A stretch of 24,000 bases of DNA from Staphylococcus nepalensis (GCF_014635045.1 NZ_BMCF01000007.1:11776-35775), one strand, 5' to 3'; counted from the first letter of the stretch, positions 1 to 11,823 are shown. The notes: a model not told the origin generated them from the sequence alone. A program made the numbers and translations.

Positions 1-471
1 GGTATTAGCGGCGCACAAGTCGCTTTTGTCGCGTCACTTGTACCTTGGGCAGCGATACCTGGCTCTTTATTCTTTAGTTGGTTATCTGATCGTTTAGGTA
101 GACGTCGTCCAGTGCTCATTATCATGTTGCCATTAGCATTTATTTTCACAATATCTATAGTGATGTTTAATAATTTATGGGTTTTATATATCGCTTTAAT
201 TGGGTATGGTGTTGTTGGAAAAATAAGTACTAACCCTGTGCTCATCGCTGTGGTATCAGCCAATGCGCCTAAACATGCATTGAGCACTTCTTTTAGCGTC
301 TATAACTTTATTGGTATGACCGCTTCTATATTAGCGCCTTATTTAACAGGTTACTTAACCGATTTAACTGGCAAAATGGCAACTGGTTTCTACCTAGCAG
401 CTGGCCTACTCATTATCGGATTTATTTGTGCTCTTTTATTAAGAGAACATAATAAAATAAAAGTAAGCTAA
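1..471 (+). CDS. MFS transporter, C-terminal portion (5' end upstream of window)
   Basis: Frame 1 is open from base 1 (GISGAQVAFVASLVPWAAIPGSLFFSWLSDRLGRRRPV...) and runs into the listed 112..471 ORF, so the GTG at 112 is internal. There are successive hydrophobic helices and a D-R-x-G-R-R cytoplasmic loop typical of the MFS. Stop codon at 469-471. Confidence 0.8.
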   Translation, partial: GISGAQVAFVASLVPWAAIPGSLFFSWLSDRLGRRRPVLIIMLPLAFIFTISIVMFNNLWVLYIALIGYGVVGKISTNPVLIAVVSANAPKHALSTSFSVYNFIGMTASILAPYLTGYLTDLTGKMATGFYLAAGLLIIGFICALLLREHNKIKVS

Positions 472-529
472 TTTTAAGCATTGGGCTATACTCATAGTCT
501 TCTCGTTTAATAAACATAGTATTCATATG

Positions 530-584
530 ATGACTAGGTTTTAGAGCATTTTGATACATCTTATTCGAAATCTAGTCATTTTTG
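530..584 (+). terminator. Candidate rho-independent terminator after the MFS gene
   Basis: ATGACTAG (530-537) pairs with CTAGTCAT (572-579) and is followed by TTTTTG. The loop is large (about 34 nt) with some extra pairing possible, so this is a weak call. Confidence 0.35.
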
Positions 585-688
585 TTGTTCATCACTTATT
601 ATAATTATATATATAAATAATATATTCGATTGACTTATTTCAAATTAGGCTAATTATAATCTTCAATAAAATTGAGCTGAATCTCTTG

Positions 689-1510
689 TCATTCTTCTAT
701 TTTCACTTTGTTAATTGCTTGATTAATTGCTTTGGCCATATCTAACATAGTCGCACTATAATTAGACTCGTCGCTTCTCGATTGGCTACTTAAATCATTA
801 TTAGAGAATAACTGTTCTCTTAAAGCAGTTGTCATTTCAATTTGTACGCCCTCTCCTTTTTCATTCATATTGGCTGGATTACTATTTGCACGACCTTCAA
901 TTAAATCAGGCGCTTCTTCTGCTTTAATTCCTTTGGATTTTAATTCATCCGTTATCTCTAAACGTAATGCTTTATCCTTACCTCCTATATAAGCAATCGC
1001 TTTATCCCCTTTATAACCATGGATCATTACACTATATTGCTTATCTGAAACCATGTTGTGCAATACGTCATTATTATAATTTACTGATGTGACATGTAAT
1101 TCAGAGTTATTTTCACTTCTAATACCTTCAAACGAAAAATAATCATAGTTGCCAAGTCGGGCAGTATATTTTGCTAACTCTGTAGTACCTGGTTCAATTG
1201 CGCCTCCATGCATAGCTGCAATAATTGTATCGCTGTCATTTTTTTCTGTGTTGATTTTCCAATCAACACCTTCATTTGTTTCTTTTTGGAGCTCTTCCAT
1301 AGATTCATATTTATCAGGATTTCGGTTAGCAACTTCATAATTAATATGGTATGCATTTATGGTGTTTGGATTTTCAATGTTGTGTGTTTCAGATGCATCA
1401 CTTTTATTTGAGTTAAAAATCAAAATACCTAAAACATTTAATATAAACAAACTACTCACGATAATCATTTGATTCAATTTAAAATACTTTTTTAAAATAT
1501 TTCTCCTCAT
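689..1510 (-). CDS. Poly-gamma-glutamate hydrolase family protein (PghP/YjqB-like, DUF867) with N-terminal membrane anchor
   Basis: Family motifs read in the translation: AAMHGGAIEPGTTELA, LHVTSVNYNN, SVMIHGYKG and GVQIEMTTALR. The N-terminus MRRNILKKYFKLNQMIIVSSLFILNVLGILIF looks like a signal anchor. SD AAGGGGG lies upstream of the ATG at 1510. Confidence 0.75.
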   Translation of the reverse strand: MRRNILKKYFKLNQMIIVSSLFILNVLGILIFNSNKSDASETHNIENPNTINAYHINYEVANRNPDKYESMEELQKETNEGVDWKINTEKNDSDTIIAAMHGGAIEPGTTELAKYTARLGNYDYFSFEGIRSENNSELHVTSVNYNNDVLHNMVSDKQYSVMIHGYKGDKAIAYIGGKDKALRLEITDELKSKGIKAEEAPDLIEGRANSNPANMNEKGEGVQIEMTTALREQLFSNNDLSSQSRSDESNYSATMLDMAKAINQAINKVKIEE

Positions 1511-1670
1511 GGTTAACCCCCTTATTATAGATACAGATATGCTGAATGTGAATTTAAATCAAATTAAAATATTTTAGTTATTTTATATTTATGTATTACC
1601 ACTTACTTTATTAAAATATCTAAACCATAATTAAATTTTTCAATTAGACGTAGAGATTATAAAAATGCAA

Positions 1671-1705
1671 ACTCCCCACAAAATCAAATGTGTTTTGTGG
1701 GGAGT
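1671..1705 (-). terminator. Rho-independent terminator of lacPH
   Basis: Perfect 13-bp stem ACTCCCCACAAAA (1671-1683) / TTTTGTGGGGAGT (1693-1705), 10 nt downstream of the lacH stop. On the minus strand it is followed by TTGCATTTTT. Confidence 0.8.
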
Positions 1706-1715
1706 CTTACTTCAT

Positions 1716-4694
<2,979 letters not shown>

Positions 4695-4706
4695 TTATTT
4701 CCTCCT

Positions 4707-6098
4707 TTATTTACTCATACGTTCTTTGTGTTCTCTCTGACGCTTGTTTTGCAGTGTCTTTTCTATATCCGTTAAGAAATCACCTTTTAAATGAAAAGCT
4801 TTATGATATAAAAATGCAGCTAAAATTACGAAAACGATAGGCAATACGATAATTAAAATACGTAGCCCATTAATTGTCAGCGCTGTTTGCGCTTCATTTG
4901 GTGTATAGCCTAAAATGGATAATCCAAGGCCTACAATAAGCGCAGCTACAGCTTGTGAAGTTTTTGTTAAAAATGTATTCGCTGACGTAATTACACTTTC
5001 ATTACGCTGTCCAAATTTAACTTCACCGTAATCGATAACATCTGCTAATGACACCGTTGTAATACCAATCATAAATCCTGACCCAATGCGTAGTAAGCCT
5101 GCGCCTACAATTACAGTTATTACGTTTTGTGGTGCGACAAAACCTGAAATTAAAATAAATAATAAACCTACAATGATGAGTGTAATTGAAGTATTAAAAG
5201 CTTTGGTTCTCCCTACCCATTTGATATAGCGTGGTAACATTAATAAACCGAGCATTTCACAAAGAATCATTGCATTGAAAATAGCAAATAAATGCTCTGC
5301 ATTTACTACATATTTAAAGTAATAGATAATAGAACCATTTAGTGTCTGCAAACAAAGGTTAAATGTTAGTAAAACACCCATAATTGCTAATAATTCTTTA
5401 TTTTTAAATAAAATTCTACCAATATCTTTAAAATTCACCTTAATACCTGTTTGTTGTTCCATTTCTTTATCTTCGGGTACTTTCCATACTGTGACACCGA
5501 TTGTGAATATAAAAACAGCACTACAAATAACCGCAAATACAAAAATACCTATTGAATCACTACCTTTACCAAATATATCACCGAGTTTATGTATAAAAAA
5601 TAAACCAAATGTCCCTACAGTAAATGCAGCTAAACTTGCGAAAAATCTTGGTATTACGGATATTTCCTCACGTTCTCTAGGATTATGCGTTAAATTAGGC
5701 AACCAAGACCAATACGGTATATCCATCATCGTATAAGTCATGCCCCATGCAATATATATAATTGATATATACACATACATCGCAGTTTGTGGTAAATCAA
5801 AGTTTGTGAATAATAAAATTGTAACAATAGCATTCACTATCGTTCCGATTACTAACCAAGTTTTAAATTTACCAAAATTATTCCGTGTATTATCGACAAT
5901 CACCCCCATAATTGGGTCATTAATCGCATCCCATATTCGTGCAACAAAAAGCATTACACCCACAAACGCTGGGCTTAAACCGACAATATCTGTGATATAA
6001 AACATTAAAAATACACCAACAATGTTGAATATGGCGTCCTTACCTATGGCACCGAACCCAAAAGAAAATTTTTGCATGCCTGTTAAGTGTCTATTCAT
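4707..6098 (-). CDS. lacP: Lactose/galactoside permease, glycoside-pentoside-hexuronide:cation symporter (MelB-like, no IIA domain)
   Basis: About 12 predicted TM helices and the GPH signature [19 protein letters not shown]. The start is re-called to the ATG at 6098 ([11 protein letters not shown]...), preceded by GGGGTGAAAAA. The ORF-track start at 6167 has no SD and would cover the promoter and cre region. Confidence 0.9.
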   Translation of the reverse strand: MNRHLTGMQKFSFGFGAIGKDAIFNIVGVFLMFYITDIVGLSPAFVGVMLFVARIWDAINDPIMGVIVDNTRNNFGKFKTWLVIGTIVNAIVTILLFTNFDLPQTAMYVYISIIYIAWGMTYTMMDIPYWSWLPNLTHNPREREEISVIPRFFASLAAFTVGTFGLFFIHKLGDIFGKGSDSIGIFVFAVICSAVFIFTIGVTVWKVPEDKEMEQQTGIKVNFKDIGRILFKNKELLAIMGVLLTFNLCLQTLNGSIIYYFKYVVNAEHLFAIFNAMILCEMLGLLMLPRYIKWVGRTKAFNTSITLIIVGLLFILISGFVAPQNVITVIVGAGLLRIGSGFMIGITTVSLADVIDYGEVKFGQRNESVITSANTFLTKTSQAVAALIVGLGLSILGYTPNEAQTALTINGLRILIIVLPIVFVILAAFLYHKAFHLKGDFLTDIEKTLQNKRQREHKERMSK

Positions 6099-6124
6099 TT
6101 TTTCACCCCTGAAATTCATAGAAT

Positions 6125-6138
6125 ATAAAACGCTTTCA
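6125..6138. promoter_or_regulatory. Candidate catabolite-responsive element (cre) in the lacP leader/promoter
   Basis: The minus strand reads TGAAAGCGTTTTAT. This fits TGWAANCGNTNWCA at 12 of 14 positions, with a perfect left half and central CG, and it overlaps the candidate -10 box. Confidence 0.4.
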
Positions 6139-6163
6139 TAATGTGTTAACTTTATTTTATCAA
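6135..6163 (-). promoter_or_regulatory. Candidate sigma-A promoter of lacPH
   Basis: On the minus strand: TTGATA (6163-6158), 17 nt spacer, TATGAA (6140-6135). It sits about 40 nt upstream of the re-called lacP start. Confidence 0.3.
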
Positions 6164-6275
6164 TCATTTATAAAAATTATGAATAGCATTATGATGATAA
6201 AATATAGCAAAATGTTTCATTTATACTTAAAATGTGATTATATAAACTATATAACTATAATTTACGAGGTATTCT

Positions 6276-7121
6276 ATGCAAGTGTTATGGAAAAAATTTC
6301 AAAAAAAGCATATTGATGCAGATTTAGTAGAATGCGGCATTGAAATTGGCGTGCCAAATGTTGGTTATAAATATTCAGTAATCAAAGAATTTGTTTTACA
6401 TATCGTAACCCATGGCGAGGGTGTGTTTATATACAATGGTAAAAAACATGCATTAAAAGAAGGCGATATGTTTTTATTAGAAAAAGGGATGGATGTAGAA
6501 TATAGACCGTCGTTTTCTAACCCTTGGACATACTATTGGATTGGCTTAAGTGGTAAACAAATTTTAGATTATTTACAAAGGTGCCATATTGTAGATAAAC
6601 ATGTCATTATGAATCAAGAGACGTCCGAAATAAGTCATACTATCCAAAAAATATGCAACCTTTCAAAATCAATTGATACAAATAATTCCAATGACATTTT
6701 AATTATGCAATACTTATATGATTTAGCTTACAAATTACAAAAACAATTTCCTAAAATATTTTCAGTAAATGTCGATATTATTAATGAAGATATTCAAAAC
6801 GCGGTTACCTATATCAATGCAAATTATCAAAATAATATTATGATTGTGGATGTAGCGGATTATGTCAATGTAACACGTAGCCACTTATTTAGACTGTTTA
6901 AGAAAAACTTAAATTGTTCTCCTAAGGCATATTTAACTTATATTCGAATGTATCATGCTTCCCAATTATTAATTCATAGCAATATTTTAATAAATGAAAT
7001 AGCGCGTCAAGTTGGTTATAAAGATCCACTCCTTTTTTCTAAAAGTTTCACGAAACATTTTAAAATTAGCGCTTCTGAATATCGAAATCAGTTTGCCAAT
7101 CAATGCGCTTGGAAAACTTAA
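6276..7121 (+). CDS. lacR: AraC/XylS-family transcriptional regulator of the lactose genes
   Basis: 281 aa. N-terminal cupin-like sugar-sensing half, and a C-terminal double HTH (VADYVNVTRSHLFRLFKK...INEIARQVGYKDPLLFSKSFTKHFKISASEYR). It is divergent from lacPH across a 177-bp control region. SD ACGAGGT. Confidence 0.85.
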   Translation: MQVLWKKFQKKHIDADLVECGIEIGVPNVGYKYSVIKEFVLHIVTHGEGVFIYNGKKHALKEGDMFLLEKGMDVEYRPSFSNPWTYYWIGLSGKQILDYLQRCHIVDKHVIMNQETSEISHTIQKICNLSKSIDTNNSNDILIMQYLYDLAYKLQKQFPKIFSVNVDIINEDIQNAVTYINANYQNNIMIVDVADYVNVTRSHLFRLFKKNLNCSPKAYLTYIRMYHASQLLIHSNILINEIARQVGYKDPLLFSKSFTKHFKISASEYRNQFANQCAWKT

Positions 7122-7348
7122 CGTATTTAATTACAAGCATAGCAAGTCACCGACATTTCAACATGGATAAATTTTTATACTAACTTTAATCTTTTTTATC
7201 TATTCCATATGCTTAGTTATATAAGCAAACGATGTGCTTTATTTTAATTGCCCTATATGTTTTGGAAAAGCGGGTTATTTATAAAAGTATAACGGTTATG
7301 TTATAATTATCTCAATTTTCAAAATTTAAAAAGAAAGGTGTTTTAAGT

Positions 7349-8443
7349 ATGCCATTGCAGGTATTAATTATCGGAGGCGGTGTCGCTGGTCTGCGTATCG
7401 GCACTTTACTTTCAGAAAACAATATCTCTTTCAAAATTGTAGAATCACGAGAAAGATTGGGCGGAAGAGTGCTAACTAAACACGACAATACCGAAGACTA
7501 TTTTGATTTAGGCCCCACATGGTATTGGCCAGACACCGAAAAGCATATCGAATCCCTATTAAATACATACAACCTTTCTACAATCGAGCAATATAATGAA
7601 GGCGACAGTTTACTAGAATTATCTCAAAATCAACTACCCAAACGTATTGCTGCTTCTAATGTAAATAATAGAAGCAAGCGAATTGTAGGCGGTGTTAATG
7701 CGTTAGTAACAGCATTAAACAACCATATTTCTGACGATCATATTATTTTAAATCATAAAGTTGAGTCAATTTACCAAGAAAATCAATCATCTTATTCTGT
7801 TGTTACTTTAAACCAATATAGCCAGACACATGAAACATTTCATGCTGATATCGTTGTCTTAACTGTGCCACCTAGATTAGTCCTTAATTCAATTGATTTT
7901 AGACCGCCTCTCCCAGAGCCATTACAAATGGACTTACTTAATAAACCGACTTGGATGGGTGCGCAAGCTAAAATAGTGGTGACGTATCAATATCCTTTTT
8001 GGAGAGATGAAAATCTTTCTGGTAATGTCGTCAGTTGGGCAGGCCCATTAAGAGAAATTTATGATGCTACTACATCTTCTGGCAAAGCTGCATTATTTGG
8101 TTTCTTCAGTCTTCCTCCTGCTGAAAGAAATTCAAAATCTGAAGTATCGATTAAAGAGGAAGTCATTCAACAATTAACCAAACTTTTTGGTAGTCAAGCA
8201 CAAGCATATGAACAGATTTTATATAAAGATTGGTCTCAAGATGGTCATACTGTAACTGAAGGCGATAAACTTAATATCGAAAGTTTTCCGAGTTATGGTC
8301 CGCCGCCAAAATATTTCAGCAATATGCTTTTTGCTGGCACAGAGTACGACGCTGTCCATGGTGGCCATATTGAAGGCGCATTGTCCTCAGCAAATCAAAT
8401 TTCCCAGGAAATTAGAAATATAGTTAGCTCATCATCAAAATAA
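7349..8443 (+). CDS. FAD-dependent oxidoreductase, flavin amine-oxidase family (short form)
   Basis: N-terminal dinucleotide fold VLIIGGGVAGLRIG...ESRERLGGRV (GxGxxG plus the E...R-x-GGR amine-oxidase signature). C-terminal FAGTEY...GGHIEGALSS FAD-binding tail. SD GAAAGGTG. Confidence 0.8.
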   Translation: MPLQVLIIGGGVAGLRIGTLLSENNISFKIVESRERLGGRVLTKHDNTEDYFDLGPTWYWPDTEKHIESLLNTYNLSTIEQYNEGDSLLELSQNQLPKRIAASNVNNRSKRIVGGVNALVTALNNHISDDHIILNHKVESIYQENQSSYSVVTLNQYSQTHETFHADIVVLTVPPRLVLNSIDFRPPLPEPLQMDLLNKPTWMGAQAKIVVTYQYPFWRDENLSGNVVSWAGPLREIYDATTSSGKAALFGFFSLPPAERNSKSEVSIKEEVIQQLTKLFGSQAQAYEQILYKDWSQDGHTVTEGDKLNIESFPSYGPPPKYFSNMLFAGTEYDAVHGGHIEGALSSANQISQEIRNIVSSSSK

Positions 8444-8448
8444 AAAGC

Positions 8449-8489
8449 GGGACAAAAATCATATTTTTATAAAATGATTCCGTTGTCCC
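8449..8489. terminator. Bidirectional terminator between the convergent amine-oxidase and OsmC genes
   Basis: GGGACAA (8449-8455) / TTGTCCC (8483-8489), extended by ATCAT/ATGAT. It is flanked by an A-run on one side and followed by a T-rich tract on the other, which fits convergent transcription. Confidence 0.6.
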
Positions 8490-8548
8490 ACTTCTTATTT
8501 ATAATATAGTTCAAACGTATTTGGCGTTTTTAGATCCTCAATATGCGT

Positions 8549-8971
8549 TTAGCTATTAACTTCCCCTTGAATACGAATAGATACATCTGCTTTTTTTAAT
8601 AACTTACCAATCGTACATCCTCTGTCAGCTATCTCAAAAAGTCGATTTACTTCTTCAAAATCTTTTTTGTCTGCGTTTTCAGGTAAAGTGATTTTAGGAT
8701 AATGTATAAATTCGAATGCTTTGTTTTCTAATTCTTTAATTTCAGTGTCCATTTGTACATCTACTACTGAAATCGTTCTTGCTTCAATCGCATACATTAA
8801 TGTAATGATATAACATGATGCTGCTGAACTTGCTAACAATTCTTTTGGTGTCGCGCCTTCTCCAGTGCCACCTGATTTAGTTGCTACTGCAATCTTTGCA
8901 TCTAAATGCTCCGTTTCTACTTTTCCAAACCCTTTAATGTCACCGTTCCAATTTGTTTTTATTACAGCCAT
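8549..8971 (-). CDS. OsmC/Ohr-family peroxiredoxin-like protein
   Basis: OsmC fold signature with the two conserved cysteines (SSAASCYIIT and DRGCTIGK). The start is re-called to the ATG at 8971 (MAVIKTNWNG...), preceded by AAAGGAGGA. The ORF-track start at 9010 lacks an SD. Confidence 0.85.
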   Translation of the reverse strand: MAVIKTNWNGDIKGFGKVETEHLDAKIAVATKSGGTGEGATPKELLASSAASCYIITLMYAIEARTISVVDVQMDTEIKELENKAFEFIHYPKITLPENADKKDFEEVNRLFEIADRGCTIGKLLKKADVSIRIQGEVNS

Positions 8972-9248
8972 GATAATGTCCTCCTTTTTATTATTTGTAA
9001 AGCGTGGCATACCATAAATTTAATACAAAATTCATTTATTAGTAATAAAATTTGTTTTATTATCATATCAGCACGCATTAAGCTTAAAATTTCATTGCCT
9101 TTATCACATATTGAGTAATTATAAAGGCTATTTAGATAGTCATTTATATCATAATTAAAATGAAACTACTTACTATTACTTATATTATTCCCATTAAATC
9201 ATTTACCAATCTTTATTATTCATTTTTTAAACATATATATCTATACAT

Positions 9249-9288
9249 AAAAAAACGCTAAAACGATTAATCAAAAAGCGTTTTAACG
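9249..9288 (-). terminator. Rho-independent terminator of the YhgE/Pip gene
   Basis: The minus strand reads CGTTAAAACG-(13 nt)-CGTTTTAGCG followed by TTTTTTT. The 10-bp stem has one G-U pair on this strand (a mismatch on the plus strand), which supports the minus orientation. Confidence 0.7.
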
Positions 9289-9324
9289 TTTTTATGCATT
9301 ATAGATTAAGCAAAATATTAAATT

Positions 9325-10614
9325 TTATGATGGCACCTCTGTACGTTTGGTACTATGCTTTCTAATTGCTGCAGCTATCACTGTAGAAGCAGCGCCAAAA
9401 ATCATAAACCCAATAAACATCCACATCGTTGTATCTAATTGGATACCTTCATGTAAATATAAAATCTCTCTTAATGAATTGGCATAATGCGCAAATGGGT
9501 TCCATCCAACAATATATTTTTGATAGAAATCAGGTAACATTTGTTTTGGTAATGTCACTAATTGCATACTGAAAAACATTAAAAGGAAAAAGATTGGTAT
9601 AGATTTTAAACCGAGCCAAGTCATCGTACCTAATATAAGCCCTACAAACCCCATAATTGCTAGAGCAACAAATGTAGCTGTCGTATTTGTGTTGTTAAAA
9701 TCAAAGCCCAGTACAACTTCCATAAAGTAAATATATGCAAACGCACCTACAAATGCCGTAACGATCGTCATAGCAATTTGTCCTAATGAAGCAATCATGC
9801 GGTGATGTATTGCAATATTATTACTCGTTCTAAATGCAAAAAAGAGCAATACTGAAATGAGAATAGAACCCATCCATACTGGCATAAACATTAAGAATGG
9901 ACCATTGCCACCTGCTTGATGACTACTTATTTTATTTATTTTTTCACTACTTACGTTAACTGGATGCGTTAAACTTTGAACGTCTGATGCTTTTACATCA
10001 ACATCTTGTTTTTGTAGTATAGACAAGCTTTGTTTTGTAATTTGTTGGTTTACGTTATCACCCATGCCTTCCAATATTTGAGAAGCCATTTGCGATATTT
10101 GTGTCCCTCCGCCATCATTGACCATTGTTTTAAAACTCGCTTTTTGAGTTGTTATTTTCTGGTCGCTTCCAGATTCTGTCATTTTTTCCTGCATTTTTTT
10201 CGCTTGCTCTGCTGGTACCTCTCCAGATTGAACTTTATCTTTCATTTCTTGTTTTTTAGCGTCCATAACTACATTTTGTGTTTTACTTAGTGCATGTTTT
10301 GAAAAATCTTTTTCAATAATTGCTGCACCATAATATTTTTGATCTTTCATGCCTTTTTTGATATCTGCTTCACTATCAACTTGAACCCATTTAACCGCAT
10401 CTGAATTGCTGTCCATTAATTTATCTTCTAAATGCTTACCTATATTAATATTTTTTCCTTGTATGTCAGTACCTTTGTCTTGGTTGACTATTGCCATCGG
10501 AATATCTTTAGGTTTTGGATTAAATGCTGGGTAAAAAGCAATTGAAAAAATAACAAATATTAGAATAGCTACAATAGGTGCAAGCCATAGTAATTTACTT
10601 TTAAAAATATTCAT
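9325..10614 (-). CDS. YhgE/Pip-domain membrane protein (ABC-2-type permease-like; short form)
   Basis: 429 aa. It has an N-terminal TM helix (LLWLAPIVAILIFVIFSIAFY), a roughly 200-aa K/E/Q-rich extracytoplasmic segment, and then five C-terminal TM helices. This is the YhgE/Pip topology. SD AGGAGGGA. Confidence 0.8.
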   Translation of the reverse strand: MNIFKSKLLWLAPIVAILIFVIFSIAFYPAFNPKPKDIPMAIVNQDKGTDIQGKNINIGKHLEDKLMDSNSDAVKWVQVDSEADIKKGMKDQKYYGAAIIEKDFSKHALSKTQNVVMDAKKQEMKDKVQSGEVPAEQAKKMQEKMTESGSDQKITTQKASFKTMVNDGGGTQISQMASQILEGMGDNVNQQITKQSLSILQKQDVDVKASDVQSLTHPVNVSSEKINKISSHQAGGNGPFLMFMPVWMGSILISVLLFFAFRTSNNIAIHHRMIASLGQIAMTIVTAFVGAFAYIYFMEVVLGFDFNNTNTTATFVALAIMGFVGLILGTMTWLGLKSIPIFFLLMFFSMQLVTLPKQMLPDFYQKYIVGWNPFAHYANSLREILYLHEGIQLDTTMWMFIGFMIFGAASTVIAAAIRKHSTKRTEVPS

Positions 10615-10773
10615 CTATCGTCCCTCCTATTTAACAAACACAGTGTTGAATATTTATCACTTTGTCTATTATAATAGGAAATAAGCCGTATACAATAAGC
10701 AATGATACGCAAGTCGTTCATTAATGAACACTTTATCTATAAATGTCTATTAAATATAAAGGAGTTTCAATTT

Positions 10774-11388
10774 ATGCCAGAAGATAGACGTGTCCGGAAA
10801 ACACAAAATGCGATTAAACAAGCGTTGATTCAATTATTAAATGAAAAAGATTTAGATAAAATAACGATCAGTGATATTACTCAAAATGCTGATATTAACC
10901 GCGGGACTTTTTATCTTCATTATGAAGATAAATATATGCTTTTAAATAAGATGGAAAATGAATATATTGAATATTTATCAAATACACTAAATACAAAGGA
11001 TAAATTCTATGTTGGTATGGATGCTAAAGCATTTGCACGTATCTTTACCGAAGAAAAATTAAAAAAAGTTGTACTTCACATCGATGCCAATTTCGAGTTT
11101 TATAAAACCATCTTTTCATTAGAAAGACGTAGTCAATTAGAAACAAAATTAAGCCAAGTGATTTATCAAAATATGAAAAAACATATCGCAACTAAAGATA
11201 CGATAGACGGTATTCCGCTAGACTATTTTCATAGTTATGTCTCAGGTGCGACGATATCTTTTATTAAATATTGGGTCAAAGATAATCGTAGAATCGACCC
11301 TTACACGTTAATAGACAGTCTAGTCAAAATTATTTTTAATGGCCCATTAAGACTAATGGCGAAAGAACAATATAACGTTCGCGAATGA
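10774..11388 (+). CDS. TetR/AcrR-family transcriptional regulator (YhgD-like)
   Basis: N-terminal HTH (RKTQNAIKQALIQLLNEKDLDKITISDITQNADINRGTFYLHYEDKY). The start is re-called to the ATG at 10774, preceded by AAAGGAG. It is divergent from the YhgE/Pip gene. Confidence 0.85.
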   Translation: MPEDRRVRKTQNAIKQALIQLLNEKDLDKITISDITQNADINRGTFYLHYEDKYMLLNKMENEYIEYLSNTLNTKDKFYVGMDAKAFARIFTEEKLKKVVLHIDANFEFYKTIFSLERRSQLETKLSQVIYQNMKKHIATKDTIDGIPLDYFHSYVSGATISFIKYWVKDNRRIDPYTLIDSLVKIIFNGPLRLMAKEQYNVRE

Positions 11389-11793
11389 TAAGTTAGATTA
11401 TTGTTGAAAGCCAATGCTCCAGTTAATTTCATTATTATAATTAACTTGAAAATAGTAATAGCATTTTGATTCAACATCATAACATATAAATTATTTTAAT
11501 AAGTGCTGTTTAAGGACTTATTATTTATCTATGTACACTTTCAAACTTGAAACGAAGCAAAAAACACTTTTTAAAAATGGTTGCATCGACCATCTTATTA
11601 ATATGACTAGTAAAAAGAATACAAGCACTAGCTTCATGATAAGCATCTTTAAAATTAAAAAACGTGTTTTAAGTAAAATGGTTTTTAAAATTCGTATTTT
11701 TAATAAACGCATTTTCATTGCAATCAGCAATTGTCTACACGATATTCACGGCTAAGTGACTATTTATAGCTCAATTTTCATGCTCAAAATATT

Positions 11794-11823
11794 TTGACTA
11801 CTGATCATATTCTCGGCTATATT
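11794..11823 (+). promoter_or_regulatory. Candidate sigma-A promoter of the antiterminator gene
   Basis: TTGACT (11794-11799), 18 nt spacer, TATATT (11818-11823), about 45 nt upstream of the ATG at 11869. No RAT-like sequence lies in this leader. Confidence 0.3.

Noticed and set aside
600-630. Short (TA)n-rich tract (ataattatatatataaataatatatt) as a possible microsatellite or phase-variation element
   Set aside because: There are only about five TA units, in a convergent intergenic region with no adjacent promoter or coding sequence to modulate. This is ordinary AT-rich spacer composition.
1149-1411. Three small ORFs (1149..1340 +, 1174..1356 -, 1208..1411 +) overlapping the PghP-like gene
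   Set aside because: All three lie entirely inside a well-supported 273-aa CDS, either antisense or in an alternative frame. Their translations are low-complexity with no SD. These are typical shadow ORFs.
5491-6000. Antisense ORFs 5491..5736 and 5740..6000 within lacP
   Set aside because: These are the hydrophobic mirror-frame artefact typical of membrane-protein genes. They have no SD and no independent support.
6099-6167. N-terminal extensions offered by the ORF track (lacP from 6167, OsmC from 9010, TetR from 10702, bglP from 12925, M15 from 21716)
   Set aside because: In each case an internal ATG has a strong, correctly spaced Shine-Dalgarno sequence. That start also yields the canonical family N-terminus (for example the lipoprotein signal for M15 and the EIIB start MKYEDLAK for bglP). 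The extensions lack an SD and would overlap promoter or leader elements.
11521-11755. Calling either of the overlapping 69-aa or 74-aa ORFs as a real gene (for example a type I toxin or small cationic peptide)
   Set aside because: The minus ORF starts at TTG with no SD. The plus ORF has AAGGA about 14 nt from its ATG, which is too far. At this AT content a few stop-free runs of this length are expected by chance in about 2.5 kb of intergenic DNA. I kept this only as a low-interest note on the spacer.
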